64,000 nt of DNA from Macrostomum lignano (GCA_002269645.1 NIVC01001134.1:1-64000); one strand, 5' to 3'. Shown: positions 41,771 to 54,225, counted from the stretch's first letter. Program-made: numbers and translations. Notes: a model not told the origin generated them from the letters alone.

Positions 41771-42269
41771 CATTGCGTCACGTTCTGTAACGGGGCGCTT
41801 TTTTAGTACAAGCAGGTAGGATTTCCTAGCGCAGTCACCATTATAGCAAACATTTTTGTACTTTTACCCGCGCTAAAGCCACGCAAGGACGGCTACGCGC
41901 ACGCTATTATCTCTCTTCCGCCTTCCAGACTTAACTGCGCAGGCCCCACTTTCGCACTAATTGACCCGCCTGGCGGAGACGGAAGAGATCGGAGATAAGG
42001 CAGAGAGACGGCACAGCTGCGATCGGACAGTCGGCTATTTAATTACTTGGTATATCGCTCCGGTGTCATTATTTTAATATCACACGAATTCCTCTCACTC
42101 TCATTATCACTGCGCTTGTACAGTTGAGACTGAAAATGACTATTAGCATATCTGCCTGGACTTTTGTAGCGTAAAGTATAATTCATGCGCTAACAGAAAA
42201 CAATTGCGTTGAATTTATTCCCAGAAAAGTTTACGGGTAATATGATCACTCAATGAAAGCTCTTGTCAC

Positions 42270-42965
42270 TCTTTTCAGGATCAAGATATTCTGCAATGCA
42301 AGATACTTCTCGTCACTTTCACAGATCTCTCGTCACTCTCTGCAAGATATCTTGTCACTCTCACAGATCGCTCGTCACTCTCTGCAAGATATCTTGTCAC
42401 TCTCACAGATCTCTCGTCACTCTCTGCAAGATATCTTGTCACTCTCACAGATCTCTCGTCACTCGCTGCAAGATATCTTGTCACTCTCACAGATCTCTCG
42501 TCACTCTCTGCAAGATATCTTGTCACTCTCACAGATCTCTCGTCACTCTCTGCAAGATATCTTGTCACTCTCACAGATCTCTCGTCACTCTCTGCAAGAT
42601 ATCCCTCGTCACTCTCACAGATCTCTCGTCACTCTCTGCAAGATATCCCTCGTCACTCTCTGCAAGATATCCCTCGTCACTCTCACAGATCTCTCGTCAC
42701 TAGCTATCTGCAAGATATCCCTCGTCACTCTCACAGATCTCTCGTCACTAGCTATCTACAAGATATCCCTAGTCACTTTCACAGATCTCTCGTCACTAGC
42801 TATCTGCAAGATATCCCTCGTCACTCTCACAGAGTTCTCGTCACTAGCTATCTGCAAGATATCCCTCGTCACTCTCACAGAGTTCTCGTCACCCTTCAAG
42901 ATCATTTTCGTCACTTTCAAAAATCTCTTTCGTAAACTTTCTCAGACCTCTCTCGTCACTTTCAA
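42270..42965. repeat. 42-bp minisatellite (TCACTCTCACAGATCTCTCGTCACTCTCTGCAAGATATCTTG)
   Basis: Tandem copies, degenerating at both ends. Confidence 0.93.
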
Positions 42966-43464
42966 AGATGCCTGTCACTCTTGTCACTATCGCGGATCTC
43001 TCTATAGTCAGTGGTCTCCCTAATTATTCCCTCAAAACCAGACACTCTAATACCAAATTCACTGTAAAATGTTATTAGCCAAGACTGCATATCTGCATGC
43101 GCAGCGCAGCCTCTGGCTAGATCGTGATGGTCATTATAAATTAAAGCCCCGATGTCTCAATAGCTCCGGCCTCGCCTCAAGCAATCTTGCGTGATGCGAT
43201 CGCGAGAACTACATTTATGCATTGTATCTTTTATGTTATGCAGATTAAAGCAAACCCAACAACTGCCACTGACTCTGCCTGTGCCTTTGAAAGATTAAAA
43301 GTGAACAAACAGACTTCAATGTTGTATCCATTGAAAGCGGATTATTAACATGTTGCAAGCGGACTTGATGTTGCAGGTCGCTTCTTTTGCTCTATGCATT
43401 GAATTTCCTATTCTATGCTTTAAAACCACCTTTGATCTAGACTCTTTGATCTCACATCGCTGAC

Positions 43465-43960
43465 CCCGTCTCAAACATCCCCTCTGGGACTCCCGTCTCT
43501 AACATCCACTCTGGGACTCCCGTCTCTAACATCCCTTCTGGGACTCCCGTCTCTAACATCCCTTCTGGGACTCCCGTCTCTAACATCCCCTCTGGAACTC
43601 CCGTCTCTAACATCCCCTCTGGGACTCCCGTCTCTAACATCCCCTCTGGGACTCCCGTCTCTAACATCCACTCTGGGACTCCCGTCTCTAACATCCACTC
43701 TGGGACTCCCGTCTCTAACATCCTGGGACTCCCATCTCTAAAATCCCCTCTGGGACTCCCGTCTCTAACATCCCCTCTGGGACTCCCGTCTCTAACATCC
43801 CCTCTGGGACTCCCGTCTCTAACATCCCCTCTGATCTGGGACTCCCGTCTCTAATATCCCTCTGTGATCCCGTCTCTAATATCCCCTCTGTGATCCCCGT
43901 CTCTAATATCCCCTCTGTGATCCCTGTCTCTAATATTCCCCTCTGTGAACCCGTCTCTAA
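43465..43960. repeat. 27-bp minisatellite (CTCTGGGACTCCCGTCTCTAACATCCC)
   Basis: Tandem copies read directly. Confidence 0.95.
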
Positions 43961-44103
43961 TACCTCCTAAGCAGAGCCCGCGCAAACTAAAATTAAACAG
44001 TTTAAAAATGCAGACAGCAGAACTAATGGCGTTTCTAGCAAAAACTGCCGAGATCGGGGCAGACAATTTAGTTAAAAATAAGTATGATGATTTAATTAAA
44101 ATA

Positions 44104-44783
44104 GGGTCCATGAGAATTGCCCGCAGACAAATTGCCCGCCGAGATTTGCCCGCAGGAGATTTGCCCGTGGAGATTTGCCCGCCGAGCTTTTCCCGCGGAG
44201 ATTTGCCCGCAGTGCATTTTGCCCGTGAGCGAATTGCCCGTGGAGATTTGCCCGCCGAGAATTGCCCGCCGAGATTTGCCCGCAGTGCAATTTGCCCGCG
44301 AGCGAGTTGCCCGCCGAGTTTTTTCCCGCCGAGGTTTGCCCGCAATGCTTTTTTCCTGCAGCGCATTTAGCCACGCGGCAGATTTTGTCTGCATTGCCTT
44401 CCCAATGCTTAGTAAATCTCAATAAAGAGATTTACATGATCAAAACGTTTTGATAGTAACTGCATATCAAATGCATATTTTTTTTGGGGGGGGGCCATGC
44501 AGACAGAATCTAGCTGCCAAATGCGCTGCGGGAAAAAAGCATTGCGGGCAAACCTCGGCGGGAAAAAACTCGGCGGGCAACTCGCTCGCGGGCAAATTGC
44601 ACTGCGGGCAAATCTCGGCGGGCAATTCTCGGCGGGCAAATCTCCACGGGCAATTCGCTCACGGGCAAAATGCACTGCGGGCAAATCTCCGCGGGAAAAG
44701 CTCGGCGGGCAAATCTCCACGGGCAAATCTCCTGCGGGCAAATCTCGGCGGGCAATTCGTCTGCGGGCATTTCTCGTGCTCCC
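44104..44783. mobile_element. Foldback/Mutator-like MITE with about 290-bp inverted arms built of TTGCCCG subrepeats
   Basis: Left arm GGGTCCATGAGAATTGCCCG matches the reverse complement of the right end (GGGAGCACGAGAAATGCCCG). Perfect 9-bp TSD ATTAAAATA at 44095-44103 and 44784-44792. Confidence 0.88.
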
Positions 44784-46614
44784 ATTAAAATATATTATTC
44801 AACAAGCTGATGCAGCCACTCTCTAGAGGCAATCTCAACTATTATGCGAGGACTTTTGGTGTCAAATAGATAATAATTGATAGAATTCAACGCAGTTACA
44901 AATTAAATGAAATCTGACTTCGAAACAAGAAATTTCCCCACGGAGCAGATCAGATTAGACGGGGAAAACCACGCGAGTAAAACTCCCCTGCTCCCCCTCC
45001 CTCTCTAATTAGGATTAACACGAAGCGACCTTGCAGAAAACACGCACCGCTTCCTCTCTCAGATTAAAGCAATGACTGCTTCTAGAAGACCAAATGATTC
45101 GGAAATAATTTTTGAAATTTAATCAGACTGCGTTGCCACCCCCCTTCCCGGCTTGATAAAGCCGAAACCTTCGTCATGCCAAGGATTTGCTCACAACACG
45201 ACTAAACCCAGATGCAGCAAATCCGCTAATTCCAAAAAAGTACAAGTTTACTCATACGATACGAGTAAAAAACTTTTTGGTGATTTTCAACACGTCGAAT
45301 TTCGCAACAGACTACTTTCAGTAGAAATGATAAACATTTACTGCCGAAAAATAAGACAAGGGTCAAATTTATAATTCTTGAGAAACTGATTATTATGGTA
45401 AGTAAGCCATGTGGGTAAGTTATTAGGTTAAAGAATGATACCCAATAGAGATAAATTGCGATTTTAAAGAGATTCGGATTGTTTGCGTCAGAAAACCTAT
45501 TTATAGCACTAAAAACCGTTTAGAAACAAGAAAGATCTTTAACAATAAAACAAATTAAGCAATAAATATATCTTCAGAAACGTAAAACTGCACACTACGT
45601 ATTGTAGATAATAAAACAATGCAGCTTTATTTTTCTGTATAATGGTATATACTATAGATAGAAGACATTGTGTCACAGATTTATAACATTGATTTGATAA
45701 TGGGCCCAGGCCCTACACCAAACAAAGGAAATTATTTATTGTGATGAAAAATATCGTTGTCTACATTAAGGACATATAAGTAGCTTAATAAGGAAAAAAT
45801 AATCACTCTTATAAAGCGACCACTCTTTGGACCATTCAGGTACTCTAATAGTCTAATTGGTAATAATATATTTTATAATATAATATTAATAAACATTAAT
45901 TGTCAAATACTCTCACAGGCTGGGGGCACGACGATTCGACTGCCGGCGGTTAAGGCTTAGGGTTGGTTGGTTTAAATAGCTTTAGGTAAGGTTTAGGAAT
46001 TTAGGGTTAGCCGTAAACCAACAGGATTTAAGCTGCTATTATTGCCGGCTAGACTTTAGTGGGTTGTTTACTTTTTCTCGCTTGCCCTATTTAAAAGTTT
46101 GCGCACCCCACAAGGTTCATTCTTCTCGTTAGCACGGCACTTGAAAAAAGTTTATCGCCGCCTCTCGTCCCCTGATTGAGCTGCATGCAATGTACATTTT
46201 CCGTCGGGGGCTAAATAATTGTACATTGCACGAGCCAGCCAGAATGGGTAAGAGTAATTAAAAAGGTCTGATTTTTTATGGCCGATCTTCACGCCCCTGG
46301 TAGGGGGGCGAGGCTGCTATATACTTAAAAGCAAACTATCCACAACCTCACAAATGTACATTTGTAGTCTTAAGACAAATAACAGACTGTCAAGTCACGT
46401 GCTTCTGGCTTAGGTGGTTGGTAGAATTCCAAAATTGAATAAGCAAATACTACAGTAATACTATAGTACTACAGTATTAAAGTTAATTATTCTACCTTCT
46501 GTAGTTAGGAATTTTTTCTAACGTATTAACGATTACTTAACAATAGAAGAATCTAATTAAATATACAACAATAAAAGCAAACTGCATTTTCATTAAAAAA
46601 ATTTTATTATCAGA

Positions 46615-47250
46615 TTAATAACCGCCCGGATAGCCCGGACCGCCGGCTCCTGGTGGCGGTGGCTGCGGCATTCCGCCGGGGCCTCCATACGGCGGCCCGC
46701 CTGGTTGACCATACGGCGGCCCGCCCGGTTGACCGTATGGCGGCCCAGCAGGGGGCATCCCGCCCGGACCACCGCCAGCAGGGTAGGGAGCTCCACCGGG
46801 GCCGGGATACGGGCCGACAGGCTGTGGCGGATACTGCTGCGGCTGCTGAGGATAATAAGACGAACCCGGGCCAGGGGGAGGCGGCTGCGGCTGCTGCTGG
46901 GTCGGATAACTGCCAGGAGGCGGCGGCGGACCCCGAGACATCTGATAGCCGGCTGGCTGGTGGCTGGAGTGCGCAGCCTCGGCGGCCATCATGCCGTACA
47001 TGGCGGCCTTGCCACCGTGATGCTTGCCACCCATCATAGCCATTGGCGGCGGGACGGGGGCGCCGTAGCCGGCCACGTAGCCGTGCTTGTGCGCCTTTTT
47101 CATCGCCTTCTTCTGGTGTTTGGCCATCTTCTTCGCCGCCTTATGACCCATAAATGCAGCGCCGCCGCCACCCATCGCTGCAGCCATGGCGTAGTGCTCC
47201 ATGTCTGAGGAGCTGCTGCTACTGCTGCGCGAATGATAAAACTTTGGCAT
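46615..47250 (-). CDS. Pro/Gly/Tyr-rich 211-aa protein with Ser run and Lys/His-rich block (PRR13-like composition)
   Basis: GC-rich uninterrupted ORF in AT-rich surroundings; GATCATG start; AATAAA 7 nt after the TAA (46603-46608); PYGQPGG repeats. Confidence 0.8.
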   Translation of the reverse strand: MPKFYHSRSSSSSSSDMEHYAMAAAMGGGGAAFMGHKAAKKMAKHQKKAMKKAHKHGYVAGYGAPVPPPMAMMGGKHHGGKAAMYGMMAAEAAHSSHQPAGYQMSRGPPPPPGSYPTQQQPQPPPPGPGSSYYPQQPQQYPPQPVGPYPGPGGAPYPAGGGPGGMPPAGPPYGQPGGPPYGQPGGPPYGGPGGMPQPPPPGAGGPGYPGGY

Positions 47251-47626
47251 GATCGGCCTAAACTACTGTTAGTAGCTGACACTTGATGATCTGATTGGCA
47301 ACCAAGGTAACTTGATATTAAATAAACTAAGCAGTGGACCAAGCAGTGGGTTGTTGAATGTTGGACAATGTTTAAATTGAGCAGCCAAAAAATATTGGTC
47401 AATTCCCTAGTTAGGCTATGCCAGATAAACCCATTATAATTAGAATAAAAATGATTATCATTTTTACTAATCACTGCATTACTCTAGGTATCTTCAACTT
47501 AGGTAGTAATTTGTAAAATAAATAATAAGCTATCCCAATAAGCTATGACATTTTAGCAATTTCCCTAATAAGCCTTGACAATGACATCTTAGCAATTCCC
47601 CCAATAAGCTAGAGTTCAATGAGAAC

Positions 47627-47932
47627 AATGGCTAGAGTTCTAACACTGGAACCCATTTTCTAATGACTATGAATCTGGCAATGATATTCCAATAATGCAA
47701 ATTATGGGTATAATATAGCAGAAACATTTTAATTTTTTAATAGCTGGTTGATATTGAGATTTATTTTGTTCAAGATAAGATCAAAATGAAACAATAAGAT
47801 TTAAAACAATATACTTCTAATGTTAAAAGACTTCATTAGTAGATAGATAATTGCCTGCAGAAGACTGCCAGATCCATACCATAGCCATTAGAAAACAGGT
47901 TCCAATGCTCAAATGCTGGAACTATAGCCATT
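47627..47932. repeat. Degenerate inverted repeat (old MITE-like)
   Basis: 47627-47680 is an imperfect reverse complement of 47866-47932; AT-rich spacer. Confidence 0.55.
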
Positions 47933-50646
47933 ACCAAGCTTTAATATCTTAGTAATTCTCTCCATAAGCCTTGAGTGTGATAATTTGATATCTCAGAAAT
48001 TTCCCATGAGCCTTGACCTCTTAGCAAATTGCCTTATAAAGTTTTTATATTCAAGATAACACCTATTTTTGACTTTTAAAAAAATGATGATAAACAAATG
48101 AATTTTTTGGGTTAAGTTCTCTAATTTTTATTCAAAACTAAGTTGCATAGGGGGCCTAGCTGGTGAAATTTTAGAGGTTGCATATATCTATACTAGTCTA
48201 GATTGGAACTTATAATAATGTCCTAACTCTTATGTTATATAGACAATAATATAACTATATAATAGTGTATTATAATTTATAATATGAATATTTATAATAT
48301 AAATATTAATAATATTAATAATATTAATATACTATAGGAAATCTATGCTAGGGATCTAAAATAATCCCCAGACAATTTTATTTTTAGATTCTCCTAGATT
48401 TTAAGGGAATCTAAAATTCATATCAGAAATTTCTGGCATAAATTTGGGTTGGCAATTGAAGGTTTGTATATACTATATAGTTGGCCAAAGAGCATAAAAT
48501 ATTGGCTATGCCTAGCTACTGTAAAAATTCATATGAAGCTTAGAATTGCTGCATATAGCCATAGGCCCTATATTGGTTTAAAATTCTTATTGAAATTCTT
48601 ATTCTTATTCTAATTTCTAGTTCTAATTTCTATGCTTTGCATGATTTCCACGACTGACTCCACTTTGGTAGGAAGCGAATAGATCTATTTTTGTAAGTAA
48701 ATAAATAGCAGGAATTTGGCTTGCTAACTCTTTAAATTGTGCTTATAATGAAAAGAAAAAGATGAAGTAAACTAGCCCATGAAGTAAACTAGAACTATGC
48801 CCATGCCGATAGATCTTTGTTACTTTATATTCCACTTCCAGGAGCCAGAACCACAACTTTCATGGGCGTACCGCATAGAAACCTTTAAAAAGTCTAAGCA
48901 TAATTTAAAGTTTCCAGTATGCATTTATTCAGTAAAGATATTGGCTTTCCACATAAATTCGGGAGTTCATGTTCATACGCCCATGATTTAGTAGTTTAAT
49001 TCATACGATATTTTCAACTGATTAAAGTGAGCATTAGAAACGACAATAAAAGCATCATAGTTTTTCTTATAGGGCCATTTAAAATTTTGCATAGGTTTTA
49101 AATTAGTACTTAATATTTTAAAATTTCTGGAGGGAAAAGCGATTTTAAAACTTTAAATTAAATTTGTTTGTATGTTGCATCCGATTTAAATTAACGAATT
49201 CGACGAGATATTGTCCAGTAGTGTGTAACTTAAGCAAGGATAACTTGTAATCTCTTGTAATCTTACAATTAATAATCACTATTCATAGGAATACTATAAA
49301 GTATAACCCGATAGAGTCACGAATTAAAATCCTATCAGAGTTAACAGTTCAGAGTAGTTGAAATAATCTTGACATTAGTTTTGAGACCACTGATAATGCA
49401 TTCGTTGAGTCATCAGTTTTGCACTCCTTTAATCTTTAAGTGCGAATGTTGGTTGGTCTAGTGTCAAGATAAAGCTATAATAAACAAGTCATACAATCAG
49501 ATCATTCTAGCAATCCGGAGCCAACAACTTCAGCTAATGCACACTGAAACAAAATAAAAATACTAATTAAACACTATTCACAGGTTAATATGCGGAAAAT
49601 ATAATATGCCTGACACTTGAATGGAGGCGTGCACACACCTCTGTGATTATATATATAATAATATATATATTTATAGGTTTATATTATAATCAAATGATGA
49701 CTGAATTACGAAACAACACTTCAAAGATGATAGGGGGTTAAGCGTGCAAGAATAAGTAAGTGCAGTAAAGGTAGGCAAATAAAACCCGAATTATTGGTTT
49801 AGATAAAAAATTAAATAGAGAGCTGACAAAGCAAATGTTTGGAAAAGTGATGAAACATAAAAAACACAAAATTAAAGCAAAGCAGCCGAATATGTAAGTT
49901 AAATCAGGCCGGCATGCAACAGGGGGAATTGGGCAGGTAAGGGGATTAACACACCGATAAGCACACTGAATCAAGCGTGTCCGGCAAAAGTCTCTAATGA
50001 TATTAAATAGCAACAGTTACAACTTGATTATTAGCGCAAATTCCATTATAAATATGCAAGAAAAACGAGGGGCTATTATAATAAAGTGCATCTGCCTACT
50101 AGCAGTAGTATAAACAAAAGTACACAAAGCGACACCAGAAATAAAAATGAAAACGGGGGGGGGAATTATAATTAAAGAGCTACGAACCTCTACAAAGCGT
50201 AATATAAATAAGTAGGCATTAGATAATAGACATTTATCGTCCGACACAGGGGAGCTGTAGGCAAAGTCTCGACGATCTCGAGGCTTGGCTTTAGTCTAGT
50301 AAAAGCGACAAGCGAAGCATCATCATTAGATAATGATAATTAAATTAATTTTGAGAGCACTTCCAACCGAATCAACAGTGCAGGTGCAAACGATTTGCAG
50401 TGCAGTGCAGTGCACGACTTTTTCAGTTCAGCATTCAGAAGCGGCGATGCATCCCGTCTCTGACAGGAGATGCTGGGACGCCTTAGTTGAAATCTATAAT
50501 AGGTGAGAAAGACTGTCTCTGGGGGGCTGATGAGGGACTAAGAAATTCGAAAATTTGACTTGCTGTGTCGTGGATAAGCGCATGTGGGATGGTGTGTTTA
50601 TAAGGGACGATTTCAACGTGTTTACATGAGGGATTTACATGCTTGG

Positions 50647-50802
50647 GCGCAACCTTGGGATTCACTCGGCCGCTTCCATTGGCAACACACACATGTATGT
50701 CGCTAATGGACAGAATAGTAGTCACGTGACTGCTCTCAGCCAATAGCGACTTACATGTGTGTGTTGCCAATAGAAACGGCCGGGCGATTCCCAAGGTTGC
50801 GC
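50647..50802. repeat. 156-bp imperfect palindrome (MITE-like) centred on GTCACGTGAC
   Basis: Left arm GCGCAACCTTGGGATTCACTCGGCCGCTTCCATTGGCAACACACACATGTA pairs with the right arm; no clear TSD. Confidence 0.8.
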
Positions 50803-51110
50803 ACGTATGGGGCCCGGATTCAGTGTTTACATATAGGGAAATTTTTAAAGGACTATTAATTAAGGAAGATTCTCCGGGATTTAATTCCAGGCTGAAAGCT
50901 CAATTTGTTAATCGGGATTCAAATAATAAGATCAAGTTGCCAATTATGAAGGTAAACACCAGCTTATTAAATTACAGAGACAGCCAATATGAATTTACCA
51001 ACGACGGGAAAAAGAACAAAAAACACCTGTCAATAAAACAATAAAAAACAAACAGCATTTCTTTCGATCAGAATTCATTGCGACACAGCAGCACCGGACT
51101 CCAACGCCAA

Positions 51111-51667
51111 TCAGGTTTCGGTAGATCGCGGCGGCGATGCCGCTGAGCAGCCGTTGGCCGCCGCTGCAGAATCTTTCTTCCCATCGCCAGTTGCTTTAGC
51201 GGAGGCCTGACAGCTGCAGCCGACGTGATAATCCGACTGCTTATTAAGCTCGGTCACGTGCTGGGTCGGACGCAGGCCCTTCTGCCAGGCCAGCTCGTAC
51301 AGGCGCTCCAGATCGCGAGCGTACTGCCGGCAGTCGAACAAGCAGGTGTTGGACCGGCCAGCCCAGACGCGGCGCCGCACGGCTCGCAGGTAAGCCGGGT
51401 CGTTGCCCAGCTTGGCGGCAACTTTCACGTACTGATCGCGACTCTTAGCGGCCAACTCGGGCAGGCCGAGCGTCACCAGCTGGGAGGCGGCGACACGAGA
51501 GGCCAGGGTCTCGGCCGGCAGGGTCACGACGGGGCAGCCGGCCCACAGCACGTCCATGCCAGTGGTGTGGCCGTTGCACAGCGGTGTGTCCAGACAGACG
51601 TCGGCCACGAGGCCACGCCGAACGTGCTCCTCTTTTGGGGCGACGTTTGAGAACACGATGCGATTGG
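51111..51667 (-). CDS. OGT: OGT terminal exon ([18 protein letters not shown]...[19 protein letters not shown]...stop)
   Basis: NGHTT motif; phase-1 acceptor TCCCTCCACGCAG; stop at 51111-51113. Confidence 0.97.
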
Positions 51668-51714
51668 CTGCGTGGAGGGAGTGGGGGGGGGTTCGGTTGT
51701 TCAGATTCCCAGCC

Positions 51715-52635
51715 ACAGATTAACTGGCGCCAGATTCACAGGCCTAGAAGATTAACTGGCGCCAGATTTACAGGCCTAGAAGATTAACTGGCGCCAGATT
51801 CACAGGCCTAAGAGATTACCTGGCGCCAGATTCACAGGCCTAAGAGATTAACTAGCGCCAGATTCACAGGCCTAGAAGATTAACTGGCGCCAGATTCACA
51901 GGCCTAGGAGATTAACTGGCGCCAGATTCACAGGCGCCAGATTCACAGGCCTAGAAGATTAACTGGCGCCAGATTCACAGGCCTAGGAGATTAACTGGCG
52001 CCAGATTCACAGGCCTAGGAGATTAACTGGCACCAAATTCACAGGCCTAAAACATTATAAGTGGCGCCAGATTCACAGGCCTAGAACATTATAACTGGCG
52101 CCAGATTCACAGGCCTAAGAGATTACCTGGCGCCAGATTCACAGGCCTAAGAGATTAACTAGCGCCAGATTCACAGGCCTAGAAGATTAACTGGCGCCAG
52201 ATTCACAGGCCTAGGAGATTAACTGGCGCCAGATTCACAGCCCCAGAAAATTAACTGGCGCCAGATTCACAGGCCTAGAAGATTAACTGGCGCTAGATTC
52301 ACAGGCCTAGGAGATTAACTGGCGCCAGATTCACAGGCCTAGAAGATTAACTGGCACCAAATTCACAGGCCTAAAACATTATAACTGGCGCCAGATTTAC
52401 AGGCCTAGAACATTTTAACTGGCGCCAGATTCACAGGCCTAGAAGATTAACTGGTGCCAGATTCACAGGCCTAGAACATTATAACTGGCGCCAGATTCAC
52501 AGGCCTAGAACATTATAACTGGCGCCAGATTCACAGGCCTAGACATTATAACTGGCGCCAGATTCACAGGCTTAGAAGATTATAGCTGGCGCCAGATTCA
52601 CACGCCTAGTAGATTATAGCTGGCGCCAGATTCAC
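51715..52635. repeat. About 32-bp minisatellite (CTGGCGCCAGATTCACAGGCCTAGAAGATTAA) in the last OGT intron
   Basis: Tandem copies read directly. Confidence 0.96.
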
Positions 52636-52746
52636 ACTTTCACTTGAAAGGATCATGGCTCTGACACTAAGACTTACACTGAAATAGCAATTAAAAAAAC
52701 TGTATTTAACATGTACTTTGAACTGTCAAAAAGAAGCGCAACTAAC

Positions 52747-53101
52747 CCGCAATGCCGTGCTTAGCAGCCGAGGCGATAATATTAGCTTCGCCAACCACAG
52801 GAAACCGAAGCAGCCACATCACCGAATTAGGCACCTGTCGCAAAATCTGGCACCACATGTCCAGAGTTTCCGGACAGATTTTGTACAGCTGATTGAAGTT
52901 GCAGTACACGATGGCATCCTCAGGCAGGCCGTAGGCGGCTCGGCAGGTGTACACGAGGCCGCGGCAGTGCTCCTCGCCGGTGGAAACCTTCAAAGCGCAC
53001 TGGACTAGGGCGGCTCCGTTCAGCAGGGTGACGGGGCTCGTCATGCCGGGTAGGACGGCGGTCAGAGACGGCGCGCACTGCTGCACCATGTCGCGGAGGG
53101 C
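52747..53101 (-). CDS. OGT: OGT exon, C-catalytic lobe start (...[19 protein letters not shown]...WLLRFP...)
   Basis: FNQLYKI UDP-binding motif; 355 nt; donor G|GTTAGT, phase 1. Confidence 0.97.
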
Positions 53102-53164
53102 CTGCGGATGCGGGTTGAGTGCGATGTGAGTGGGAGTTCAGATGCACACTTAAATTGACAGATA

Positions 53165-53480
53165 TAAGCGGGTAGATACTAAAACACGAACACTATAGGC
53201 AGGTAGATACTAAAACTCGAACACAATGGGTGGGTAGATACTAAAACTCGAACACAATGGGCAGGTAGATACTAAAGCTCGAACACTATGGGCGGATGGA
53301 TACTAAAACTCGAACACAATGGGCGGGTGGATACTAAAACTCGAACACAATGGGCGGGTAGATACTAAAACTCGAACACTATGGGCGGGTAGATACTAAA
53401 ACTCGAACACTATGGGCGGGTAGATACTAAAGCTCGAACACTATGGGCGGGTAGATACTAAAACTCGAACACTATGGGCG
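53165..53480. repeat. 31-bp minisatellite (CTAAAACTCGAACACTATGGGCGGGTAGATA), OGT intron
   Basis: About 10 copies. Confidence 0.95.
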
Positions 53481-53525
53481 AGTAGACGCATAGATACTCA
53501 AAAACACGAAAATAAGGATGCATAC

Positions 53526-53930
53526 CTGAGCCAGACTCGATGTGGTCTTCATCACCCTCAAGTCGATGGCCGGATCAACTGGGTCTTTAGACACGCAGCC
53601 AGCATCCAGCAGAGGCTTCATAGCAACATCGTTGCCGCAGAGCAAAGCTCGGTTGTCGGGCAACTGCTGCTGCTGCTTCTGGGACTCTTGGGTAACTTCG
53701 ATAGCAACTCGATTCGACATGTGAGGAAACATGTTCCTGTGATCGCCAATAAAATAGGTGTACGGCATGTAAGCCAATCGTTCGGAGTACTGATCCTCCA
53801 TGCACAGCGGAGACGTGATGGAGTCCGTGATCAGGTAGTCCATGAAGGGAGCGCCGCTGCTGCCGGGGTAGCCCAGCCACATCATGGACAGCGGCGCCGG
53901 TCGCATGGCGAAGATCTCGTTGCGGGCGCC
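53526..53930 (-). CDS. OGT: OGT exon (GARNEIFAMRPAP...WLGYPGSSGAPFMDYLITD...; start of intervening domain)
   Basis: WLGYPG motif; 405 nt, phase 0 to 0. Confidence 0.97.
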
Positions 53931-53984
53931 CTGGGTTGGGGAGTTGAAAGTGGGATTATAATTGGCATTCAAAGAGAGGATATT

Positions 53985-54225
53985 TGAGGCAGGGATAGAA
54001 ATGGGGATATTTTAGGATAGGTTAGAAATGGGGATATTTGAGGATAGATTAGAAACGGGGATATTTGAGGGAATATTGGAAATGGGGATATTTGAGGGAA
54101 GATTAGAAATGGGGATATTTGAGGGAGGATTAGAAATGGGGATATTTGAAGGAGGATTAGGAATGGGAATATTTTAGGGAGGATTAAAAAGGGATATTTG
54201 AGGGAGGATTAGAAATGGGGAAATT
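53985..54225. repeat. 27-bp minisatellite (GGGGATATTTGAGGGAGGATTAGAAAT), OGT intron
   Basis: About 9 copies. Confidence 0.92.

Noticed and set aside
35941-44826. Repeat-derived ORFs (FISVSSLS, QNGAPCL, SQISRHSLQD, MLETGVPE, GDLPAE)
   Set aside because: They coincide exactly with tandem arrays or TIR subrepeats, are often open in several frames, and have no splice or termination support.
45945-46012. TTAGGG-like motifs
   Set aside because: Only scattered degenerate copies, not a telomeric tract.
50520-50570. CTGATGA...GAAA, a possible hammerhead ribozyme core
   Set aside because: Stem II is weak and I could not form stems I or III with an NUH site.
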